Shown here: piece by piece, positions 7,810 through 16,555 of the stretch
How positions within the stretch are numbered: the first letter of the stretch is position 1
Layout: each line of letters begins with the position of its first letter
Origin: Armatimonadota bacterium
Lineage (GTDB): Bacteria; Armatimonadota; UBA10988
NCBI GenBank assembly: GCA_016235455.1
Contig: JACRKZ010000013.1
Span: 1-16,555 of the forward strand
Direction of reading: 5' to 3'
Length of the DNA stretch: 16,555 bases
The notes under the pieces: model-generated
The model's input: only the letters and a program-made list of their open reading frames with translations
What the model was told of the DNA's origin: nothing
Databases searched by the model: none
Translations under genes and position numbers: made by a program

Positions 7810-9330
7810 TCACCTCATACTGGGCGCCTGTTGAGCCAGTTCCGGCGGCAGTGGCGCCGGGGCGGCATGGCGGCTACGCGCGGCGCGGCCCAGTTGCCCA
7901 GCGCTCGCGCGGACGGGCTGGGTCACGAACTCGGGCACGTTGTAGCTGTGCCAGAACATGTCATAGTAGTCCGCGCGGCTCTGGGGCAGCAGCAGCGGCG
8001 GGTGGAGCCGGCCGTCAGTGTCGAAGTAGCTCAGGTAGAGCTTGGTGAACAGCCCATCGGCGCGCTTGCTGGCGAAAACCACCCAGCGGCCGTTGCTCGA
8101 CCACGAGTGCCAGGTGTCGGCGCGGTCGCTGTTGATCGGCACCGGTTGAGCCTGCCCGCTACGCAGGTCGATCAGGCCGAGGTCGCTGTTGGGCCGGTGG
8201 ATGGGGAAGCATCCGTAGTCGCACGCCGTGTAGAGCAGCCAGCGCCCGTCAGGCGAGACGCGCGGGAAGACGTAGCTGCGCTTGGCCGTCTCCCCCGAGA
8301 GCAGCACCTCGGCCTTGCCCCACGCGCCATTGCAGGGGTCGTAGGCGATGCGCATCAGGTTGTAGCGCACCTGATCGTAGCCGGGCGGCGGGATCAGCTC
8401 GCCGCCCGGCCAGGTCCGACGGGCGCGCGCGAAGTACAACGTCTTGCCGTCGGGCGCCCAGCAGGGATAGGTGTACAGGTAGTCGGGCGCCGACAGCTCC
8501 GGCGTCGTGCTGAACGAGCGCGTGCCGGCGTCGAACACGGTCAGCCCCGAGCTCAGGTCGAAGACGTCGCGCGTCTCCTCGCCGGCGGCATGAAAGAACT
8601 GGCGTACCTGGTTGGACGAGTACACGGCGATCCGGCCGTCCGGGTGCCAGGAGCCGTAGCCGATTGGCTGCTTGAGCGGCACGACGGACCTGCCGTTGAC
8701 CAGCAGTGTGCGCCCGCCGAAGGTCGAGCTACGCACGCCGAGCGTGAATCGCTGGCCCGAGCCTTGCCAGAAGGAGTGGCAGTTCACGCAGCCACCGGTC
8801 TGGCGGCCGCGCATGACGACCCGCTCGCGATAGCCGGTGAGGTCGCGCTCGTAGATGCCGACATCGCGTGCCAGGTTGTAGAGGGGGGTGAGCAGCCGGT
8901 AGACAAGGTAGCGGTCGACCGGCTCGGCGGCGACACTCAAGTCCACCGGCGCATACCGCGTCCAGGTCCCGCCCCGGCGCACATAGACGGTCAGCGTCAG
9001 CTTCGCTCCGCGGTTGGTCGCCAGCAGCCGCTGCCACAGCCGGGGTGCAAAGCGCAGATCCTGTCGCCGGCCCGACGCGGCCACCTGGCCGCGGGCGCCG
9101 CGCAAGGTCACGTACCAGGCCGTGCCGGGCTCGTTGACGCGCAGGCCCGGCGCGGCGATGTTCGGCGCCAGCACCACCCCCTCGAGCGCCGGCATGAGCC
9201 GAGGCGCCTGGCCCAGTTCGGTCACGGGGCCGCTCGGCCGCGGGCCTGGGCGCATCGAGATCAGCACCAGCACGATGGCCACCACGCTAGGCCACACGCC
9301 GCGCGTCAACAGGCCACGCAGTCTGTTCAT
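7810..9330 (-). CDS. TolB-like (PD40 repeat) beta-propeller protein with N-terminal membrane anchor/signal and a single CxxCH motif
   Basis: Repeats YGSWHPDGR, YPCWAPDGK, FPRVSPDGR and WHSWSSNGR. GGCVNCHSF with CxxCH at 8776-8790. C-terminal SYNVPEF. ATG overlaps the upstream TGA (ATGA, 9327-9330). Confidence 0.85.
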   Translation of the reverse strand: MNRLRGLLTRGVWPSVVAIVLVLISMRPGPRPSGPVTELGQAPRLMPALEGVVLAPNIAAPGLRVNEPGTAWYVTLRGARGQVAASGRRQDLRFAPRLWQRLLATNRGAKLTLTVYVRRGGTWTRYAPVDLSVAAEPVDRYLVYRLLTPLYNLARDVGIYERDLTGYRERVVMRGRQTGGCVNCHSFWQGSGQRFTLGVRSSTFGGRTLLVNGRSVVPLKQPIGYGSWHPDGRIAVYSSNQVRQFFHAAGEETRDVFDLSSGLTVFDAGTRSFSTTPELSAPDYLYTYPCWAPDGKTLYFARARRTWPGGELIPPPGYDQVRYNLMRIAYDPCNGAWGKAEVLLSGETAKRSYVFPRVSPDGRWLLYTACDYGCFPIHRPNSDLGLIDLRSGQAQPVPINSDRADTWHSWSSNGRWVVFASKRADGLFTKLYLSYFDTDGRLHPPLLLPQSRADYYDMFWHSYNVPEFVTQPVRASAGQLGRAARSRHAAPAPLPPELAQQAPSMR

Positions 9331-11183
9331 CGCGCCACTCCTGCCATGCCGAACATGCGGTAGTAGTAGTACGTGTCGGACCAGGGGCTGCCCAGCACCT
9401 TGGCTGCGGCGCGCGGCGGCCGGCGCGGGGTGCGCAGGTAGTCCACCATACCGTCACGCCCGCAGCCGAGCGCGCGGATGTAGTCGTCGAACCGACTGCG
9501 CGTCTCCCCGCGGATAGTCCAACGCCCCAGGGGCACGGGTCGGCCGGTGAGCACTTCCTGACACAGCAGCGCCTCCTCGATGTGCCGCGGCAGCGTGTCG
9601 CGCGCGGGGTCCGGCAAGGTGGGCAGCGCGGCCACGAGCCGGTCGAGCTGGTTGTCGAGCAGGTACAGCGCCAGCAGATACTCCTGGGCCAGGCGATGCC
9701 CGGGGTGCTCGCTCGTCACCTGCTCCAGCAGCGGCATGAGCCGTTGCTCGTAGTACACGTCGCCCTGCATGCGGTTGCGCTCCAGGCCCGCCTGCACGGG
9801 GTCGGAGGCCAGTCGCGGGTCGGCCGTCAGCGCGCGCAGCAGCGGCGCCGCGCCGGCCGGGTCGCCCGGCTGCGCCGCGGCCAGGCGCAGCAGCACGCGC
9901 GCCGCCTCGGGCCTGCCCTTCATGATCTGCACCCGCGCCATGGGCACCAGCAGCGCCGGGTATGTGCCTTGGGTTTCGAGCGTCTCGTGCAGCTCGTGCT
10001 CGGCCTCGTTGACCAGGCCGAGCTCGAGCGAGACCGCGCGCAGCATCACGCCGTGCTGGGTGCGCATGCGGCGCACGACCTCGCCGCCGCCCAGGCGCGG
10101 ATCGTCGCGCAAGATGCTCGTCGTCGGCAGGCCAAACTCGAACAGCCGCTCGCCCACCTGTCCGGTGTGCGCCAGCGCCAGCAGCACGTGGTAGTCGTCG
10201 AACTGGATCAGCTCCTGCGGCGCCAACTGCTTGGCTGCGGCCAGCAGGCCGGTCCAGTCGCGCCGGGCGGCCAGTTGGCCCAGTTGCATGCGCACGCAGT
10301 CGACGCGGTCCCGGCCCACCGCGAACATGAGCGCGATGGTCACCACCGGCGCCAGCCAGGCCAGCGCCGGCCGCGGCGCGCGCGGCTGCGCCGGCCGCAC
10401 CGCGACGGCGCCCACCAGCACGCCAAAGGCGATCATGCCCAGCGCGGCGGAGCGCACCACACCGTACTGGTCAATGCCCACCGCGCGGGGCAGCAGCGCC
10501 TCGTAGACCTGCGCCAACGGATGGTCGAAGGCGGCTCGCTGGGCCAACGCCGGCAGCCACAGCGGCGAGGTGGCCAGCGCGCCAGCCAGCAGTCGCGTCT
10601 CGCGGCGCCGGCCCTCGCCGAACGCCGCCAGCGGCACCGCGATCAGCGCCGGGCCGCCGAGCACGTAGTAGACCAGCCCCGCCGCCGGCAGCAGTACCGC
10701 GGCCCGCACCGCCGGACGCGACTCGCTCCAGGACAGCTCGGCCGACACGGCGAACAGCGCCGCGGCCCAGCCGATCTGCCAGTCGAGCAGATGCATGTAG
10801 TGGCCGTCGAGCAACAGGCAGAGCAGGAAGGGCGCGTAGCGCAGGCCGGGCAGTCGCCGTCCGGCCAGGCTTGACGCGGCGCGGTCGACACCGGCCGCCA
10901 CGGCCAACGCGCTGGCCAGCAGCAGCGTCGTGGCCGCCGCCGACCAGTGCCAGAGCTGCGAAAGCCATTCGCTGGCCTGCTGCAGCGGCCCGCCGATGAC
11001 CGACCAATTGGCGCGCGCGAACATGGCGTCGGGCCCGAACGACGGCAGTGCCGACAGGCTGGGATTGTCATAGGCGCGGCTCGGGTCGACCCAACGCCAC
11101 AGCCACACCCAGGCCACGACCCCGCAGATGGCCAGCCGCGCATCGCCCTGCCAACGCTTACCCCAGTCGGCTCCGCCACTCAT
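9327..11183 (-). CDS. DUF6057-like multi-pass membrane protein with C-terminal TPR-like helical domain
   Basis: Many hydrophobic segments in the first ~290 aa. Then RRDW, LLALAHTG..ERLF, AQEYLLALYLLD, LPRHIEEALL and DTYYYY, which I recall from DUF6057 proteins. The adjacency to a CxxCH-TolB gene also fits. Confidence 0.75.
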   Translation of the reverse strand: MSGGADWGKRWQGDARLAICGVVAWVWLWRWVDPSRAYDNPSLSALPSFGPDAMFARANWSVIGGPLQQASEWLSQLWHWSAAATTLLLASALAVAAGVDRAASSLAGRRLPGLRYAPFLLCLLLDGHYMHLLDWQIGWAAALFAVSAELSWSESRPAVRAAVLLPAAGLVYYVLGGPALIAVPLAAFGEGRRRETRLLAGALATSPLWLPALAQRAAFDHPLAQVYEALLPRAVGIDQYGVVRSAALGMIAFGVLVGAVAVRPAQPRAPRPALAWLAPVVTIALMFAVGRDRVDCVRMQLGQLAARRDWTGLLAAAKQLAPQELIQFDDYHVLLALAHTGQVGERLFEFGLPTTSILRDDPRLGGGEVVRRMRTQHGVMLRAVSLELGLVNEAEHELHETLETQGTYPALLVPMARVQIMKGRPEAARVLLRLAAAQPGDPAGAAPLLRALTADPRLASDPVQAGLERNRMQGDVYYEQRLMPLLEQVTSEHPGHRLAQEYLLALYLLDNQLDRLVAALPTLPDPARDTLPRHIEEALLCQEVLTGRPVPLGRWTIRGETRSRFDDYIRALGCGRDGMVDYLRTPRRPPRAAAKVLGSPWSDTYYYYRMFGMAGVAR

Positions 11184-11316
11184 CCGATCAGCTCCGCGCG
11201 ACGATTCGACACACGGCGGCGAGCTCCTGCGGCCCCCAGCCGGTTCGTTGCGCCAACCTCAACCTGTCTGCCGGCTGGGGCCGAGACCACGAACGGGTGA
11301 TCTCGCGCCCCGGCTG

Positions 11317-11325
11317 TGGCACAAT
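11317..11325 (+). promoter_or_regulatory. Putative extended -10 (TG-G-CACAAT) for the deacetylase cluster
   Basis: Lies 28 nt upstream of ATG 11354 in the divergent intergenic region. GAGGTG SD at 11345-11350. Confidence 0.35.
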
Positions 11326-11353
11326 GCCGCGCACACTAAGACGCGAGGTGGCC

Positions 11354-12064
11354 ATGTCCGCGCTGCTCTGCCTGACCTACGATGATGCCCTGCCCGTACA
11401 CCGCGAGCTGGTGGCGCCGGCGCTGGCCGCGCGTGGCCTGCGTGGCACGTTCTACGCGCCCGCCGCCGCGGGCGACCTGCACCAGGCGGTCGACGCCTGG
11501 CGCGCCGTGGCCGCCGCGGGCCACGAACTGGGCAACCACACCTGCTGGCATCCCTGCCGCCTGCGGCCGGGCTCGGCGTATGTGCCGGCCTATCAGCTCC
11601 AGGACTACACCCACCGCCGCATCCGCGACGAGCTGCGGCTGGCCAACCAGGTGTTGACGCTGGTCGACGGCCAGACCCAGCGCAGCTACGCCGCCACCTG
11701 CCACGACACGACCATCGGGCCAGACCCCGGCGCGTCGTTCTTCGCGGAGATGGCCGAACTGTTCCCCATCGTTCGCGCCGGCCACGCCCAGGCACCCTCG
11801 GCCGGGCCGATGCCGTTCATCACGCCAGCGTTCTCCGCCGACCGCCGCAGTGCCGCGGAGGTCATCGCCGCCGCCGAGCAGATGCGCGGCGTGGCCGACG
11901 CCTGGCTGGTGGTGCTCATGCACGGCGTGGGCGAAGGCACGCACAACCACCACATGGCCGCCGAGGAGCATGCCCGGCTGATCGACTGGCTGGCCGAGCA
12001 GAGCGGGTGGCTGGCCGGCGTGACGCTGTGCGAGGCGGCGCGCCGGCGGGGTGTGCAGGCTTGA
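11354..12064 (+). CDS. Polysaccharide deacetylase (CE4/NodB family), 236 aa
   Basis: Motif 1 LTYDD, motif 2 GHELGNHTCWH, late motif VLMHGV. SD GAGGTG before ATG 11354. No signal peptide. Confidence 0.88.
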   Translation: MSALLCLTYDDALPVHRELVAPALAARGLRGTFYAPAAAGDLHQAVDAWRAVAAAGHELGNHTCWHPCRLRPGSAYVPAYQLQDYTHRRIRDELRLANQVLTLVDGQTQRSYAATCHDTTIGPDPGASFFAEMAELFPIVRAGHAQAPSAGPMPFITPAFSADRRSAAEVIAAAEQMRGVADAWLVVLMHGVGEGTHNHHMAAEEHARLIDWLAEQSGWLAGVTLCEAARRRGVQA

Positions 12065-12140
12065 GGCACAACCCCGACCACGGCTGCGCAGGAACCGCCG
12101 CCGCGCCGGCGAACCGGGCGTCTGGATGGAGCGAACCCCC

Positions 12141-12950
12141 ATGAGTCGTGTCTTTCGATGTCTGCTTGTGACGCTGGCCGTGGCCGGCGCGGCCCCGGCC
12201 CAGGACCCGCCGGTGATGACCGGCACACCCGCCGGCCAACTGCTGGTCGGTGGCAGTGGTCACCTGATGATCCTCTCGCCCGCGGGCGAGATCGTCTGGG
12301 AGCACAAGACCGGGCTGGTGCATGACGCCTGGATGCTGCCCAATGGCAACATCCTCTATGCTGACGGCGGTGTGACCGAAGTGACCCGTGACCATCAGGT
12401 GGTCCTGTCGTGGACCTCGCAGGTGGCCGGCGGCGGCGGTGCCTACGGCTGCCAGCGACTGGCCAACGGCAACACGATGGTCGCCGAGAACTCGCGCAGC
12501 CGCATCATCGAGATCGACCCGCAGGGCAAGGAAGTCTTCGCGCTCGACGTGCCGCCGGGCAAGCAGGGCGACCACAACAACCTGCGCCTGGCGCGCAAGC
12601 TGCGCAATGGCAACTACCTGGTCTGCCACAAGGGCAGCAGCTACGTGGGCGAATGGACGCCCGACGGCAAGAAGGTGCGCGAGCTGAAGTTCGACAACAA
12701 CACCTTCTCCGCCTTCGAGACGCCCAAGGGCACGATCATCGTCTCCAGCCTGACCAAGTTGACCGAGTTCGACGCCGACGGCAAGGTGCTCTGGGAGTTC
12801 CGGAACTCGGACATCCCCGGCCTGTTCGAGATCACGCGCGACAAGCAACTCGTGTGGCGCTACGCCAAGCCCAAGGCAGACGGCTCGCTGATGGCTGTGC
12901 AGCTTCTCAGCCCCGACGGCAAGCTGCTGCCGGGCGGCGACGTGCGCTGA
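12141..12950 (+). CDS. Secreted beta-propeller repeat protein (PQQ-like/arylsulfotransferase-like blades), 269 aa
   Basis: GGAG at 12128-12131. Signal peptide MSRVFRCLLVTLAVAGAAPA. Repeated 'LxNGNxxV...xEx(T/D)xxGKxVW' blades. Confidence 0.8.
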   Translation: MSRVFRCLLVTLAVAGAAPAQDPPVMTGTPAGQLLVGGSGHLMILSPAGEIVWEHKTGLVHDAWMLPNGNILYADGGVTEVTRDHQVVLSWTSQVAGGGGAYGCQRLANGNTMVAENSRSRIIEIDPQGKEVFALDVPPGKQGDHNNLRLARKLRNGNYLVCHKGSSYVGEWTPDGKKVRELKFDNNTFSAFETPKGTIIVSSLTKLTEFDADGKVLWEFRNSDIPGLFEITRDKQLVWRYAKPKADGSLMAVQLLSPDGKLLPGGDVR

Positions 12951-13978
12951 TGAACGCGCGCGAGCGGTTCGTCGCGGCGCTGGACTATGACCAGCCCGAC
13001 CGCCTGCCGGTGGTCTACCACCCCTGCACGGCCGGGCTGTACGTCCACGGTCAGCCCTTGGCCGACCTGCTCACCGCGCATCCGCCGGACAACCCGATCA
13101 GCTTCGAGCACCTGCCCGGGCCGCCGGCCGAGGCGGTCGACGCGCAGGGCCGGTACCACGAGTTCCGCGTCGATGGCTGGGGCGCCGAGTGGGAGTACCT
13201 CATCTTCGGCGTTGCCGGCCATCCGTCGCGCTACCCGGTCACCAACTGGGCCCAGTCCGACAGTTACCAACTGCCAGCGGTGCCCGCGTGCTCCGGGCCG
13301 GAGTTCGAGGCCGCGCGCGCCTGGCTCGACGAGCAGAAGCGCTCGTGGTTCCTGTCCGGCGGCGGCATCTCGCTGTTCGAGCGCCTGCACGCGATCTCGC
13401 CGCTGGAGGACCTGCTCCTGGCCATCGGCCTGAGTGAGCCTGGCCTGCTGGCCTTCCTCGAGCGGCTCGAGGTCTACTGGCACGCCTGCCTCGACCGTGA
13501 CCTGGCGTTGGGCCACGACGCCATCTGGTTCGGCGACGACTGGGGCACGCAGACGGGTCCGATCATCTCGCCAGCCGCGTTCGACCGCCTCTTCGCGCCG
13601 ATCTATGCGCGGCTGTTCGCGCGGGTGAAGGCGGCCGGCGCGCGGGTCTTCTTCCACTCGTGCGGCGCGCAAGGCCCCATTTTCGACCGTCTGCTGGAAC
13701 TGGGCATCGACCTGATCTGGCCTCAGATCGGCTGGTTCGAAGCCGATCCCGCGCGCATTGAGGCCTGCCGCGACCGCGGCGTGGCGTTCTACGTCCATCC
13801 CGACCGGCAACGGCTGGTGCCGCTGGGCAGGCCCGACGAGATCCGCGCCGAGATGCGCCGTTACGGCGAACTCGGCCGGCGCCTGGGCGGCGGCGTGGTG
13901 TTCTACGTGGAGATCGAGAACGACGCGCCGTGGGCCAACGCGATGGCCTTGGTGGAGGGCATCAGCGCGGCGCGGTGA
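12950..13978 (+). CDS. Uroporphyrinogen decarboxylase superfamily protein (URO-D/MtaA/CmuA-like), 342 aa
   Basis: ATG overlaps the upstream TGA (TGATG). Motifs MNARERF..ALDYDQPDRLP, DGWGAEW, FGDDWGTQTGPIISP, FFHSCG, LLELGID, LPLG-like 'VPLGRPDEIRAE' and GGGVVF. Not a HemE orthologue. Confidence 0.88.
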   Translation: MNARERFVAALDYDQPDRLPVVYHPCTAGLYVHGQPLADLLTAHPPDNPISFEHLPGPPAEAVDAQGRYHEFRVDGWGAEWEYLIFGVAGHPSRYPVTNWAQSDSYQLPAVPACSGPEFEAARAWLDEQKRSWFLSGGGISLFERLHAISPLEDLLLAIGLSEPGLLAFLERLEVYWHACLDRDLALGHDAIWFGDDWGTQTGPIISPAAFDRLFAPIYARLFARVKAAGARVFFHSCGAQGPIFDRLLELGIDLIWPQIGWFEADPARIEACRDRGVAFYVHPDRQRLVPLGRPDEIRAEMRRYGELGRRLGGGVVFYVEIENDAPWANAMALVEGISAAR

Positions 13979-13983
13979 GGCCG

Positions 13984-14016
13984 GTCGCCGGGACGGCGTG
14001 AGGCCATCCCGGCGAC
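13984..14016. terminator. GC-rich hairpin between convergent genes, possible bidirectional terminator
   Basis: GTCGCCGGGA-C-GGC-gtgag-GCC-A-TCCCGGCGAC: a perfect 10-bp stem plus 3 bp. No U-tract on either side. Confidence 0.55.
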
Positions 14017-14035
14017 ACGATCGGCTACCCGCCGA

Positions 14036-14764
<729 letters not shown>

Positions 14765-14825
14765 GGTCCCTCCTAGTGGCGAGTGTCGCCGCCGCTACCA
14801 CAGGCGGTACCCCCTACGCCGTGCG

Positions 14826-14857
14826 GAGTCATCTGACTCGCTAACGTGACCTTAGCA
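14826..14857 (-). promoter_or_regulatory. Putative extended -10 (TG-C-TAAGGT, 14857-14849) followed by a 6-2-6 palindrome (14826-14839)
   Basis: GAGTCA-TC-TGACTC is a perfect inverted repeat beginning 10 nt downstream of the -10 hexamer on the minus strand. Confidence 0.45.
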
Positions 14858-14965
14858 CGCCTCAACCCGGGCCGCCACTCTGTTTCGTGCGGCGCGACCA
14901 GCACCGACGGACGCCTCGCGTTTGGCGGCCGCGCCGGCGTGGTATGTACCGCTCAGGGGAACGCC

Positions 14966-15631
14966 ATGCCCAGCGCACAACGCGTCCGGCTCACACCGGC
15001 ATCGCGCGCCGAACGGTGGCTGCTGCCGTTGCTGCTGACCGCGGCCTGGAGTCTCGCTGGCGCCACGGTGGTCATGCTTTACCGCGATGTCTGGCTGCCC
15101 GCGTGTGGCGGCAAGGGCGTGCTCTGCCCTGTGCTGGTCTGGTACGATCGCCTCACGCTATCCGCCATGCATGCGCTCGGCGGCCTCTGTCTGGCCGGTT
15201 TCGCACTGGCGCTCTGGTGGTCGCTGCGGCCCCTGCGCCGCGCCGAGCGCTGGGCTCTGGCGCTCTCGGCGCCAGCCATCGCGCTGGCGATGGCAGCGGT
15301 GGTGCTGCTCACCCGCGTCGGCCACGCCGGCCAGGCACGCGCCATGCGGACCTTCACCGCCGCCATGCAGCCCGCCGTGGCCGCCATGGACCGCGGCACG
15401 CTCACCGACGCCGACCTGCAGGCCGCGCTAAGCCGGATGCGGGCCGCTCTGCCCTGCCTGCCGCGCTACCGGTCGGTGACCATCGCGGTCGAGCCGCCCC
15501 AGGCCCAGGACGCCGCGACGCTCGTGGTGCGTGGCGGTGGCGACTGGGTAGCCTGGGACCGCGGCGCACGGACCTGGCTGGACGACTTCGCCTTGCGGCA
15601 GCGCCTGTGTCCCCCGGGCATCGTGCGGTAG
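14966..15631 (+). CDS. Hypothetical membrane protein (about 3 TM helices plus a C-terminal soluble domain), 221 aa
   Basis: AGGGGA SD-like sequence before ATG 14966. Three hydrophobic segments. GC-rich third positions. Fills the gap to cysK. No family recognised. Confidence 0.65.
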   Translation: MPSAQRVRLTPASRAERWLLPLLLTAAWSLAGATVVMLYRDVWLPACGGKGVLCPVLVWYDRLTLSAMHALGGLCLAGFALALWWSLRPLRRAERWALALSAPAIALAMAAVVLLTRVGHAGQARAMRTFTAAMQPAVAAMDRGTLTDADLQAALSRMRAALPCLPRYRSVTIAVEPPQAQDAATLVVRGGGDWVAWDRGARTWLDDFALRQRLCPPGIVR

Positions 15632-15648
15632 GCCCGCTCGCGCCGATC

Positions 15649-15657
15649 TGCTACAAT
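15649..15657 (+). promoter_or_regulatory. Extended -10 promoter (TG-C-TACAAT) of cysK, probably leaderless
   Basis: Near-consensus hexamer 8 nt before ATG 15666. No SD. Confidence 0.6.
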
Positions 15658-15665
15658 GCCCGGCC

Positions 15666-16555
15666 ATGTCGCACCAACCTATCGTCACCGAATCCATCCT
15701 CGATCTCATCGGCAACACGCCGCTGGTCCATCTGCCGGGCGAGGCCGTGTGGGCCAAGGCCGAGTTCCTCAACCCCGGCGGCAGCATCAAGGACCGCATC
15801 GCGCTGGCCATGATCCAGGGCGCCGAGCGCCGCGGCCTGCTGCGGCCCGGCAGCATCCTGGTCGAGCCCACCTCGGGCAACACCGGCATCGGCGTGGCGC
15901 TGGTCGGGCGGCTGCGGGGCTACGAGGTACGCATCGTCATGCCCGAGGGCATGAGCGAGGAACGCAAGCGCATCATCCGTGCGCTGGGCGCCGAGCTCAT
16001 CCTCACACCCGACAGCGAGAGCATCGCTGGCGCGGTGAGCAAGGTGGCCGAGTTGGCCGCGGCGGACCCCAACGTCTATGTGCCGCAGCAGTTTGAGAAC
16101 CCCGACAACCCCAACGCCCACTACACCGGCACCGCGCCCGAGATCTGGGCGCAGATGGCCGGCGATGTCGATTGCTTCGTGGCCGGCGTGGGCAGTGGTG
16201 GCACCTTGGCCGGCGTCGGCCGGTTCCTGCGCGAACACGCACCGCACGCGAAGATCATCGCCGTGGAGCCGCATGGCGTGTCGGCGCTGCTGGGCCATGA
16301 GCCGGGCCTGCATGCCATCCAGGGCATTGGCGACGGGTTCATCCCTGCCGTGCTTGATCCGGCGTTGGTGGACGACGTGATTGAGGTCACCGACGAGGAC
16401 GCCATCGCCACCACCCGCGGGCTCGGCCGCGAGCTGGGTCTGCGTGTAGGCACGTCGTCCGGCGCCAACGTCTGGGCCGCGCGCCAGGCGGCGGCGCGCG
16501 GCTGCAAGCGGGTCGTGACCATCCTGGCCGACCGCGCGGAGCGCTACTTCAGCAC
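15666..16555 (+). CDS. cysK: Cysteine synthase A (O-acetylserine sulfhydrylase, PLP-dependent), 3' end outside the window
   Basis: My translation; absent from the ORF track because there is no stop in the window. MSHQPIVTESILDLIGNTPLV..KAEFLNPGGSIKDRIA (PLP lysine), EPTSGNTGIG, QQFENPDN, GVGSGGT, HAIQGIGDGFIP, GTSSGAN, ERYFS. Confidence 0.93.
   Translation, partial: MSHQPIVTESILDLIGNTPLVHLPGEAVWAKAEFLNPGGSIKDRIALAMIQGAERRGLLRPGSILVEPTSGNTGIGVALVGRLRGYEVRIVMPEGMSEERKRIIRALGAELILTPDSESIAGAVSKVAELAAADPNVYVPQQFENPDNPNAHYTGTAPEIWAQMAGDVDCFVAGVGSGGTLAGVGRFLREHAPHAKIIAVEPHGVSALLGHEPGLHAIQGIGDGFIPAVLDPALVDDVIEVTDEDAIATTRGLGRELGLRVGTSSGANVWAARQAAARGCKRVVTILADRAERYFS

Noticed and set aside
9361-9372. 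TAGTAGTAGTAC short tandem repeat
   Set aside because: Encodes the YYYY motif of the DUF6057-like protein on the minus strand. Not a contingency repeat.
6196-10874. Long plus-strand ORFs (6196..7635, 7762..9363, 9582..10874)
   Set aside because: Antisense shadows of well-supported minus-strand genes, expected at high GC. No motifs.
11048-11353. Upstream extension of the deacetylase ORF
   Set aside because: Overlaps the divergent gene's start. The SD and CE4 motif 1 support ATG 11354.
12410-12949. N-terminal extension making the URO-D ORF 522 aa
   Set aside because: Overlaps the propeller gene in another frame and is Arg/Gln/Ala-rich junk. The family-typical start MNARER is at 12950 with a TGATG overlap.
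12950-13978. hemE call linked to the CxxCH protein
   Set aside because: Lacks the HemE N-terminal W-x-MRQAGR signature. It has the DDWG/HSCG pattern of the non-HemE branch.

Overview
High-GC bacterial window. The DUF1559/H-X9-DG pilin-like gene with '[16 protein letters not shown]' suggests Armatimonadota or a similar lineage (inference). Left (about 200-4550): a compositionally atypical cassette encoding a 1028-aa gamma-class amino-DNA methyltransferase with no recognisable active nuclease motif, translationally coupled to a small PD-(D/E)xK-like protein. It is bracketed by a probable tyrosine-transposase remnant and a truncated gene fragment, and is a candidate two-component restriction-modification/defence system. 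Middle (4660-11183, minus): an operon of a DUF6057-like membrane/TPR protein, a TolB-like propeller with one CxxCH heme motif, and a divergent GH78 glycosidase. Right (11354-13978, plus): CE4 deacetylase, secreted propeller with an apparent in-frame deletion, and a URO-D/MtaA-family protein. These are followed by the pilin-like gene, a membrane protein and a probably leaderless cysK that runs off the edge. All family calls come from motif recognition by eye; no searches were run.
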